Part shown: positions 10,201 through 17,946 of the stretch, piece by piece
Layout of the letters: each line of letters opens with the position of its first letter
Numbering within the stretch: position 1 is the stretch's first letter
Source: a virus
Lineage: Duplodnaviria; Caudoviricetes
Length of the DNA: 33,895 bases
Reading direction: 5' to 3' (one strand)
IMG/VR virus record: IMGVR_UViG_3300029309_000155
Location: 1 to 33,895 of that record
Notes under the pieces: generated by a model
What the model was told of the DNA's origin: nothing
The model's database searches: none
What the model saw: only the letters and a program-made list of their open reading frames with translations
Program-made: the position numbers and the translations under genes

Positions 10201-12014
10201 GAGACCAGAATCAAACAACATCACAGCCAGCAATAGTGACATTACCGTTTATAGATTGTTTTACTTTTGGTAATGGTGTAGAAAGTTTTAAAATAAAAGA
10301 TGATTTAGCGGGAAGAGCTTTAGCTATGGGTCAAAGATTTTTATCTGTATCAGAACAAGATTTTAAGGAAGCTCATAGGTTTGCTGATTTAACATATAGT
10401 GGTGTCTTTAGTAGCAATGCGGGAGTTAACAATCTTAACGAATTTAATTTGGGATTGGCTAACTTTAAAGAATTAGAAACAAGCTTTGGTCCAATACAAA
10501 AATTATACGCCAGGGAGACAGATATACTTACACTACAAGAAGATAAAATAAGTTATGTCTTAGCTTCTAAAAATTTAATTAGTGATGCCACAGGAGGGGG
10601 AGCCATAGTTTCTTCGCCTACTATATTGGGTACACAGATTGCAAGAACAGAAGAATACGGTATAAGTTTCAATCCAGAGAGCTTTGCAGTTTATGGTGAC
10701 AGTTATTATTTTACTGATGTAAAACGAGTTGCTGTAATTAGATTAGTAGGCAACAGCCAAAACGACCAATTAGAAGTAATCTCTGATAAAGGTATGCGTT
10801 CATGGTTTAGAGATAACTTTCAATTAGCCTTGGGAACACAAAAATTAGGAGGGTACGACCCTTACATGGATGAGTTTGTCCTGTCTACTAATGACAAGGA
10901 AGTTCCTGTACCAGTTGTTGTATACGAATGTAACTCTGAGTTTCAAGCTAATTCTGCTTCCGTAGAAACTTATACTATAGAATTTGGAACTATAATAGGA
11001 GCAATAGAAGTTGACTATACTGTAGTTGGTTCTGCTACTTTTGAAATAAATTGGAATAGTAATACTGTTACCTCTGGAGTTGAAACAGACACAAGTGGAA
11101 CTATAACAATAAACAAAACCACTAACACACCTACCACAGCTATAGTTACTGTAACTCCAAGCGGTGGAAGTGCAAGCTGGACTGTACAGCCTAAATGTAT
11201 TGACCCTATAAATATAACGGTATTTAAGTGTGTTATAAATTCTAATATAGATAGTGGTGATTTAATTCATGTAGAGTATGGTTGGTCTGATAGCCAAACT
11301 ATTAGCCCCATAGATACTGACCAGGTTACTTTAGGTTCTAACCCACAGGTTTTCAGTTATTTCCAAAGTCAAACAGGTGTGCGTTCTGTAGGTGTTTATC
11401 CTTATGATGGAGCAAGTTTAAACATGAGGATAAATAAATTGGCTACTGATAATTATGATTTTAAATTTCCAAATGATAATTTTAAATTTTTATCAACCAA
11501 CACTCTGTTTGCTAACACAGTTTCTGATGTTAGTACTTTATTAGGATTAGCTTCAACCATACCAAATAGTTTTGTTTCTAATCCTACTGGAACTAATATT
11601 AGAGAAGCTACTGTAACTCCTTCAACTAACCCTGCATTTACATTACCTACAAATCAACAGTACTTATATTTAATTTACGATTTTAGATTTACAGCAGCAC
11701 AAAACTTATGTTATTCAGATACATCAGCTCAAGAGGCTTGCTGTGATTGTGTAATACCTTGTAACTCATTTCAATCAAGCACGGTACAGTTGTCATCACA
11801 AGTTGCTTGTAATCAACCATTGAGTCAGACTTTTTATTATGCAGGTACAGGAGGGTTAGCGTTGTATGATTTAGTATATAGTGACCCACAGTGTGCTGGT
11901 AATGCACCAGGGCAAGGTATAAATAATCTGCCAGCAGGTTATTATAAGATAACAGGAAATGAGTATATTAGAGTCAATAATTTAGGAATGGTAATAGAAA
12001 AAGCAAGTTGTTAA
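7203..12014 (+). CDS. Tail stabilisation / muzzle (P22 gp10-like) protein, N-terminal main part plus Cys-rich C-terminal extension
   Basis: GRMNKSVDERLLP.GEY.DA.N start; LFFSDNLNPPRKIN, FAYRYRY, GNRLIYGNYVDG, NNLNEFN, YGISFNPESFA and GGYDP motifs typical of this family. Confidence 0.75.
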   Translation: MPIVTTNFIKGRMNKSVDERLLPPGEYVDAVNVRLGSTETTEVGAVENSRGNTRLTTLSFRGVELSSKATCIGAYQDSANETLYWFVHDPEYNDGGKLRKLDLILSYNTNANTLRYHVITFNVLNFDPQFLMTAVEKIEDLLFFSDNLNPPRKINITHSYDFPIGNVDQIVDEDINVIVKPPGYEFEPGVTPTADIPLPAPTFVGLNLPGSENYIEDRFLSFAYRYRYENNEYSATSLFSNPAFSTNAFKFSVKNYNNEGMTNRFNAVDISFSTGSERVKEVDLLFKDSGTNNIFVIERFNKLEQGWADNSIHTFQFNNSKIYSVLGSDELGRLYDNVPIKARALTIMGNRLIYGNYVDGFNITNENNQQIAINYSTELVTKNVDFEELDTATIANGDNYTIDPNQTVAASNAVAQIDLTQIATKLKKNSVLNISILLEHSNLSGTTGEQCFQDNINFSQGVINFDVSITLQQDYANVYDFSQSADFRNGIGTQLGVNFQPMANASQGGSLTDKFNNDLAIPSITCTFTKVISGIDSSTDQQGFRITATPGSNVIGLQTIAMKFNSAAGAPNPNPTDLYEYFRIVSADVAFSSASFTGSLHSNRDFATGIVYLDEYGRASTVLTSNFNTISIPTANSITLNSIKATVQNFAPSWAQRYKFVVKPSKGNYETIFSNFYYTVQTSQVTYFKLEGDNQNKVKTGDTLIVKTDVGGPITEVVKAKVLNVEAQARNFLDDDQGLGANTFQLPGLYMEIKPSGFSVNIPDDAVIDAGEEKTTGTGNDGTCKHGIRYPLFTTDSGGVTENYSIPAGSAIDINIRINRNERGSRCEGYEWKWRQTLFSSADYPDFRRWWIGDQVNPANASPGEIQSSGTIDVVNKSAVGSFSVGVPGVTCTDNSGANMSNNTIFFQFVQDVVGDPASKLGLVVKTKKQGCSGFQPFSRRRNVNVRCEIVVTRANSMIVFETEPVDSSPDIFFDASDSYPVIRDTVTGNFLHQAPNGDGDQNQTTSQPAIVTLPFIDCFTFGNGVESFKIKDDLAGRALAMGQRFLSVSEQDFKEAHRFADLTYSGVFSSNAGVNNLNEFNLGLANFKELETSFGPIQKLYARETDILTLQEDKISYVLASKNLISDATGGGAIVSSPTILGTQIARTEEYGISFNPESFAVYGDSYYFTDVKRVAVIRLVGNSQNDQLEVISDKGMRSWFRDNFQLALGTQKLGGYDPYMDEFVLSTNDKEVPVPVVVYECNSEFQANSASVETYTIEFGTIIGAIEVDYTVVGSATFEINWNSNTVTSGVETDTSGTITINKTTNTPTTAIVTVTPSGGSASWTVQPKCIDPINITVFKCVINSNIDSGDLIHVEYGWSDSQTISPIDTDQVTLGSNPQVFSYFQSQTGVRSVGVYPYDGASLNMRINKLATDNYDFKFPNDNFKFLSTNTLFANTVSDVSTLLGLASTIPNSFVSNPTGTNIREATVTPSTNPAFTLPTNQQYLYLIYDFRFTAAQNLCYSDTSAQEACCDCVIPCNSFQSSTVQLSSQVACNQPLSQTFYYAGTGGLALYDLVYSDPQCAGNAPGQGINNLPAGYYKITGNEYIRVNNLGMVIEKASC

Positions 12015-12015
12015 T

Positions 12016-13587
12016 ATGGCAGTAACGTATCAAGTATATTATTTTGATGGATTGAATTTTTCAAACGCAACAACTGTGTTTGATGACCAAGCATTAACAG
12101 TAGTCTCAGCCGATGGGTTCTATGCTCAAAACGGTATAGTAAGACAACAATTAAATGGTGTGTTATTAAACGCACAAGCCTGCACATCTTGCGGTGCCGA
12201 TTGTGGTTCTGGTATTAGTGCAAGTTTTTCTGGTAATGGATATTTTAGTGCAGATATAAATGTTGCTAATAGCGTAGGGGCAGTTGTGATTTATTGTAAA
12301 ATGAATAGCTCTGTGCCTGATGGTATACAAGCCACCTTTGACAATGTTGTATATAACAAATTAACTTGTGAAGATAATCATAATGGAGTTACATTAATAG
12401 ATTGTAACAGAAACACAAATCTTGATTATGCGGGTGTGAATAATCAACCTGCTACTGGAACTAATTTTACAGTGGTTGGAAACGACTATGGTCCTGGTTT
12501 GTGCGGAACTTACAATAATTTAGATGAATATAATTTAGTTAACACATCTTATGTTGCAACTGGAGGAACCAGAAATGTAACGGTAGTTAACAATATGGTA
12601 GGATGTGCAACGGATACATCAACTCCAAGCTCTCCAGTATTTACACTTGTGGTACCAAAAACAAATATTAATTTAACAAGCGTTAACGTAGAAATATTTG
12701 CACCTATAACTGGTACGGTATTCGCCTGGGAAATATTATGTCCTACAGCTTTACCATCTTTTTTAGGTTCAAATTTGCAAGACACTAAAGATTGTATTTC
12801 ACCTATAGAGGATTATTTCTTCGCAAGAAATGCAACTGGTAGTAGCCCACCATTTACAAAAGATACAAACACTACTCCTGATATAGGTAATTTTGTTTAT
12901 AGTGATGACAGCGGTACAACACCTGTAAATAATACGTCTGCTTTAAGATACATAATAATTAATAATACTACTGCTCTTGGAATTAGAAACGGAGTTGTTG
13001 TAAGTTCAGAGCCATGTTCAAACACGGGTGGGTTCAAAGCATTTAATTCTTCTTCAAATGCAGGAGTAAGTACCATTTGTGATGGAGGAACACCACCTGT
13101 TACAAGTCAAACTTTTTATCATGATGGTTCAGGAATAGGTCCTGGCAACGTATATCCAGATAATGGCGATACTGTTTATGTTGACGCCGCAGGTAATACT
13201 GTTTTAAGTCCAGGAACATATTACTTGTACACATCAGGTGGAGTAAATAATTATATGACAATAGGTATTGGCGGGTCCGCAACAACAGTTACTTGTACGC
13301 CACCAACTCAAACATTCTTTATAAGCGCACTATCTGCTACTTGTAACAATTTCTGTACATCTAACTTCCAGATAGGCGTACCGAGAGGAACTACAAACAA
13401 CGCATCATTTGCTGGTGTAAGTGTTGGAGATACAATAGCAGGTTCAACTTTAACTCCTGGTTGGTATGCTTATGCAGCGTCCGTTACAAATACACAAAGC
13501 GGTACGTTTAAACAGATGCAAATAGATGGTAATAATCAAATAACATCACTGGCTGAATGTGATGGACAACAATGTAATCCTTTATAG
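12016..13587 (+). CDS. Cys/Thr/Gly-rich modular virion protein (fibre / receptor-binding candidate)
   Basis: 523 aa, beta-rich composition, repeated Cys-bounded modules of about 85 aa. Confidence 0.55.
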   Translation: MAVTYQVYYFDGLNFSNATTVFDDQALTVVSADGFYAQNGIVRQQLNGVLLNAQACTSCGADCGSGISASFSGNGYFSADINVANSVGAVVIYCKMNSSVPDGIQATFDNVVYNKLTCEDNHNGVTLIDCNRNTNLDYAGVNNQPATGTNFTVVGNDYGPGLCGTYNNLDEYNLVNTSYVATGGTRNVTVVNNMVGCATDTSTPSSPVFTLVVPKTNINLTSVNVEIFAPITGTVFAWEILCPTALPSFLGSNLQDTKDCISPIEDYFFARNATGSSPPFTKDTNTTPDIGNFVYSDDSGTTPVNNTSALRYIIINNTTALGIRNGVVVSSEPCSNTGGFKAFNSSSNAGVSTICDGGTPPVTSQTFYHDGSGIGPGNVYPDNGDTVYVDAAGNTVLSPGTYYLYTSGGVNNYMTIGIGGSATTVTCTPPTQTFFISALSATCNNFCTSNFQIGVPRGTTNNASFAGVSVGDTIAGSTLTPGWYAYAASVTNTQSGTFKQMQIDGNNQITSLAECDGQQCNPL

Positions 13588-13589
13588 AT

Positions 13590-14381
13590 ATGAGTTTACA
13601 AAATTATACACTAACATATAAACCAGAAAACGATGGATGGCCTTCGTTCTATACATTCATGCCTGAATATATAATAGGAATGAATGCTTTTTTATATACA
13701 TTTAATAGAGGTAATTTATTCAGACATAACACTAATAATCAACGTAACGAATATTATAATGTACCTGGTAGCCAAGCCCCTTCTACAATTACCAGTGTGT
13801 TTAATCCAGAGCCAACCCTTTCAATTAAGTTATTTAAAACTTTATCCTTTGAGAGCAATGCTGCTTGGGACTGTACTACATTGACTACTGATTTAAGTCA
13901 AGGAGATGTAGATGAGATACATTTCGAACAGAAAGAAGGAGAGTGGTATGCCTATGTAAGACATTTAGAAGGCGTAACTAATTTTAGTTTACGTTATGCA
14001 AATGGTTTGGGAGCTGTAAGTATTCCCCCTACTGGACCAAACACAGCAAGAGTTGTTACGTTAGGACAGCCTATTGGAAACATAGTTAGTATTGGTGCAG
14101 TTATATATACTTTAGTTGGCGGTAATGCTCCAGTAATAGCAGGAACAATAACAGGAATTAATAGAAATGATAATACCATTACAGTAAATGAAACTATACC
14201 AGCTGGACCTCCAGCTCCTGTTGGACCAGTGAATGGAGATTTTATTTTATTTACTAATAACACTGTTGCTGAGTCATACGGAATGAGAGGATATTATATG
14301 GAATTTACTTTATCTAATAATGATACTACGCCTGTAGAGCTGTTCTCGGTAGGTAGCAGTGTGATGAAAAGTTTTCCATAG
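13590..14381 (+). CDS. Probable detached C-terminal part of the tail stabilisation protein
   Basis: Starts TLTY...GWPSFYTFMPE...YTF..GNLFRHN and contains KLFKTLSFES, FEQKEGEWY and G.RGYYMEF, which I recall following the GGYD motif in unsplit homologues. Confidence 0.6.
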   Translation: MSLQNYTLTYKPENDGWPSFYTFMPEYIIGMNAFLYTFNRGNLFRHNTNNQRNEYYNVPGSQAPSTITSVFNPEPTLSIKLFKTLSFESNAAWDCTTLTTDLSQGDVDEIHFEQKEGEWYAYVRHLEGVTNFSLRYANGLGAVSIPPTGPNTARVVTLGQPIGNIVSIGAVIYTLVGGNAPVIAGTITGINRNDNTITVNETIPAGPPAPVGPVNGDFILFTNNTVAESYGMRGYYMEFTLSNNDTTPVELFSVGSSVMKSFP

Positions 14382-14389
14382 AAATTTAT

Positions 14390-14397
14390 TATCTTTG
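14390..14397 (+). promoter_or_regulatory. Bacteroidota sigma-A -7 element (TATCTTTG)
   Basis: Exact TAnnTTTG; it contains the TTG that the ORF track used as a start codon. Confidence 0.6.
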
Positions 14398-14415
14398 TCT
14401 GAAATAGTATACAAC

Positions 14416-14949
14416 ATGCAAGAATCTTTGGTAACTAAAGAGTATAAGCCAGAAGATATTTTAAATGCTGTTCACTATAACAAAGGTATTTTATGGGATA
14501 AGATATCTGCATTTCGTGAACAAATATCTGTTTTAGAAGGTGCAGCAACTCATGAGGTAGGAAAACCACAGGAAGAATTGATGCAGGAATATTATCCATT
14601 AAAGCATCACATGGAAGGTGGTTTATATACCAGAGAAATATTTATGCCGAAGGGACATCTGACTGTTTCGTTTATACATAAACAACAGCATCCGTCTTTT
14701 TTACTTCAGGGTAAAGTTTCTTTTTTGAATGATGAGGGTAAGGTTATTACTCTTGAAGCTCCACATACTGTGTTTACACAGGTTGGAACTCAAAGAATAT
14801 TTTATATACATGAAGATACTATATGGGTGTGTGTTTACAAGACAGATGCAAAAACAGTAGAGGAAGCAGAAAAAGAAATATATGCAAGTCATTATAAACA
14901 ATTACCAAAAAAAATAATTAATAAAGCTTTAAAATTATGTCAGGAGTAA
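14416..14949 (+). CDS. Cupin-like protein (start revised to ATG 14416)
   Basis: HH..GG.Y.REI.MPKG.....IHK..H..F...G.V pattern of a phage cupin-fold family. The in-frame ATG lies downstream of the promoter element. Confidence 0.6.
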   Translation: MQESLVTKEYKPEDILNAVHYNKGILWDKISAFREQISVLEGAATHEVGKPQEELMQEYYPLKHHMEGGLYTREIFMPKGHLTVSFIHKQQHPSFLLQGKVSFLNDEGKVITLEAPHTVFTQVGTQRIFYIHEDTIWVCVYKTDAKTVEEAEKEIYASHYKQLPKKIINKALKLCQE

Positions 14950-15782
14950 TAGCAGGTATAGGATTAGCACTATCAGCAGCAGGTTCAGGAGTAAGTTTCG
15001 CACAGGCAGCAAAAGCAAGACGTGAACAAAGAACAGCCATGAACCAACAGAAAAAACTAATGCAAAAAGCAAAAGAAAGAGCGGAGAAAAACTTTTATGA
15101 AACTCTTAACGTACCAATCGACGCATTTGAAAATCAGTACAAACAGAATCAACAAGTAGCTGCTCAAGCTTTAGCAGCATTACAACAAGGGGATGCAAGA
15201 AATTTAGCAGCAGGTGTAGGTGGATTACAGCAAGCGGCAGCTCAAGCTAACGAAACAGTTAGAACTGGTATGCAACAAGCACTTTATGATAACGCAGCTA
15301 TGAAAGCCAAAGCTAAAGATGCAATGAATCAGCAGTTAATAGAGATGGAAGTTGGAGCTGCAGCTGACCAGGCGCAAATGGCAAGAGACTACAATCAACA
15401 ATATGCCCAAGGTATTCAAGGGGGTATATCTGCAGCAAGTCAAGCTGTACAACAAGCTTCTTCATTAGTTCCATTGTTTGGAACATCAAAAGCTGATAGA
15501 GCTGGACAGAAATTGGAATCAGGTTTCGGTACAAGTGAAACTTTAGGTAAGACCATAGAAGAAGGAGGAACTGGTTTAACACAAAAACAAAGAGCTGATA
15601 GATTAAGAAAACTTGAATTAACTCCAAGGGAAGTAAGACAATTAAAAACTGGAGGTAATATTGATATAGAGAAGGCTAAAGAGTTGTTCACGGGCGATGA
15701 CCCAAGATTCAAAAACTTACAAGACGGAATCGGAGATGTTACTGATTTAGTTTCATTACAAAAATTACTATACGGATATTAA
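14937..15782 (+). CDS. Putative DNA ejection / pilot protein
   Basis: Hydrophobic Gly/Ala N-terminus (MSGVIAGIGLALSAAGSG) followed by Ala/Gln-rich helices; first of three genes of increasing size after the tail genes. Confidence 0.55.
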   Translation: MSGVIAGIGLALSAAGSGVSFAQAAKARREQRTAMNQQKKLMQKAKERAEKNFYETLNVPIDAFENQYKQNQQVAAQALAALQQGDARNLAAGVGGLQQAAAQANETVRTGMQQALYDNAAMKAKAKDAMNQQLIEMEVGAAADQAQMARDYNQQYAQGIQGGISAASQAVQQASSLVPLFGTSKADRAGQKLESGFGTSETLGKTIEEGGTGLTQKQRADRLRKLELTPREVRQLKTGGNIDIEKAKELFTGDDPRFKNLQDGIGDVTDLVSLQKLLYGY

Positions 15783-15786
15783 TAAC

Positions 15787-17943
15787 ATGGCTGAAGAAGT
15801 AATAAACAAAGGTAATACTCAAGAACCGAAGGCAGCAAATAAATATTCTCTTTACGCAGGTAGAGAGGAAACCGTTAATTGGGGTCAGGTTGCGGTGAAT
15901 TTAACAAAGGGTTTAAACACCATCAAGCAACAGAGAGACGCTGCTAAACAAAAAATTATTGATGACACTTCTGCGGCAATGACGACGCTTAGTGAAATCG
16001 CTGATGTTCAGTCAGGTTCAATGAACACTCTACTTATAGATGGTTCAGACTTTTCTAAAAATACTTTACAAGCAAACATGGATTTAGTTAGACGTGGTCT
16101 GTTAGACCCGAAAGACTACATGTTAATTATGCAGCAGCAAAAAGATGGTTACAAATCTTTAAGTAACTATGCAAAAAATTATGATGCTAAATATCAAGAG
16201 GGAATGAAAAGAATACAAGACGGTTCTGCTTCAAACTTAGAAGAGTATTTTAGAGGCACAGGGTTTAGTTTTGGTAATGTAAAAAATAAAAAGCTTTGGA
16301 CAGACCCTGCATCAGGTGAATTGTTTTTAGTTGAAATGCAGGAAGAGAATGGTAAATTTGTATTACCTGATAGAGCTAAAAATCCTGGTGCTTATCAATC
16401 ACCATCATCTATGGTAAACATGATAGCGTTTCAAGAAGATTCAGCTAACTTGAGTGAAGATGTAAAAAATATGGTAACCGCTAATTTAGCAGAGGTCGTA
16501 ACTTCTACTATGAGTTCATATACTGTTTTATCAGGAGGTAAAGATGTGAAGAGTATTGAAGATTTCAGACAGTTGTTCGATGATGTTGAGGGTGAAGGCT
16601 TTACTGATGCTAATGGGAATAAAATGTCTTTTGATGATTGGATGGCTCAACAAGCTAAAGGTGTAGTTGGTAACTCAAATAAGGCTGCTGAATATTTGAT
16701 GAACTCTGGTATGGGGTATTTTTTTACTGATGATGAAAACGTAGCAAAAAATAATAATCTCGCCATTTTTACAAAAGTTGATGGTGGTCCGCCGCAAGTT
16801 ACTATATCAGATGAACAGATGAAGCAAGCTGAAAGTTTAGCTAAGAACGCAATTAATTCTCAGTTAGACATGGTAGTTAAAAATAACGCTGGTCTTGGTG
16901 GTCAACAGAAACAACAAGATTCTTCAGCTACTATAAATAAAGATACTCTTGATAAGAATATAAACGGATACCTAAATGATTTAAATCGTGTATTAACAGA
17001 CACAGATTTAGGGTCTGCTGAATCACAATTAAACAAACTTATACAAGCAAGAAACGAACAAAACATTGATAATGGTAATCCTGTTATAACTAATGTAGAT
17101 ATTACAGATGATATTATATTAGTAGAGTTTGATGGTAGAGAGCCTATACAAATACAGAGAAGAAGATATAATGATGATAATTCGTTAGCTGGAGAAACTA
17201 CCTTACAAGAAGACATAGCTTCTCTTTATGATGTGTTAAGTCCATTTGGAGACCAAGAAGGATATGACCTTTCAACTACTGAGGTTACACAAAGAATAAA
17301 AGATAACGTAACGTTAGGTGATAGAGGTGAGAATAGAAATGTAGGATTTGAAGAAGCTCAAGAAGATGCTGTTACAGGAACTACCTCAGCAACTGTGTTT
17401 GATATAAACGGAGAGGATAAAACTCTTGCAGATTATTTTAAAAATGACGCTAATTTAGGAGACATCGTAGACGTAACAAACTTAGATAGCACCGTTCAAG
17501 ATAAATTGAATACAGCCCTTAATGATTTCCTAAGTGAAAATGATAAAAAAGTTTTTGCAGATGCGGGATTAACTAATTTACAAATTGAAGTTTACGGTAC
17601 TCCAGCTAAAGCCAGAGTATCATATCAATATAAACCTACAAGAGAGGAGGCTATTGCGCTGATTAAAGCAAGAGGTATTGAAAAACCTGAAGAAGCAAGT
17701 ATTGAAAAAGTTATGAATACACTTCAGACAAAAAATGAATATCTTGGTTCAACTAAAGGCGGAACTTCAATGGCTCAATTAGCTAATCATGTTGCGGAAG
17801 CTATGAACTGGGTTAATAAATCTGCTAATAAAAGAAGAGGTAAGAAATCAGGACAAACATTTAGACCTACTTTAATGGTCTGGTTGAAAGATAACCCTGG
17901 AAAGACTGCGGCGGATTATAAAAAAGAATACAACTTGAAATAA
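15787..17943 (+). CDS. Putative internal virion (ejection/cargo) protein, 718 aa
   Basis: Position between the pilot-like and giant genes; helical, acidic, with no Cys seen. Confidence 0.5.
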   Translation: MAEEVINKGNTQEPKAANKYSLYAGREETVNWGQVAVNLTKGLNTIKQQRDAAKQKIIDDTSAAMTTLSEIADVQSGSMNTLLIDGSDFSKNTLQANMDLVRRGLLDPKDYMLIMQQQKDGYKSLSNYAKNYDAKYQEGMKRIQDGSASNLEEYFRGTGFSFGNVKNKKLWTDPASGELFLVEMQEENGKFVLPDRAKNPGAYQSPSSMVNMIAFQEDSANLSEDVKNMVTANLAEVVTSTMSSYTVLSGGKDVKSIEDFRQLFDDVEGEGFTDANGNKMSFDDWMAQQAKGVVGNSNKAAEYLMNSGMGYFFTDDENVAKNNNLAIFTKVDGGPPQVTISDEQMKQAESLAKNAINSQLDMVVKNNAGLGGQQKQQDSSATINKDTLDKNINGYLNDLNRVLTDTDLGSAESQLNKLIQARNEQNIDNGNPVITNVDITDDIILVEFDGREPIQIQRRRYNDDNSLAGETTLQEDIASLYDVLSPFGDQEGYDLSTTEVTQRIKDNVTLGDRGENRNVGFEEAQEDAVTGTTSATVFDINGEDKTLADYFKNDANLGDIVDVTNLDSTVQDKLNTALNDFLSENDKKVFADAGLTNLQIEVYGTPAKARVSYQYKPTREEAIALIKARGIEKPEEASIEKVMNTLQTKNEYLGSTKGGTSMAQLANHVAEAMNWVNKSANKRRGKKSGQTFRPTLMVWLKDNPGKTAADYKKEYNLK

Positions 17944-17946
17944 GTT

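Noticed and set aside
14395-14415. TTG start of the cupin ORF
   Set aside because: The TTG is part of the TATCTTTG promoter element; ATG 14416 is more plausible.
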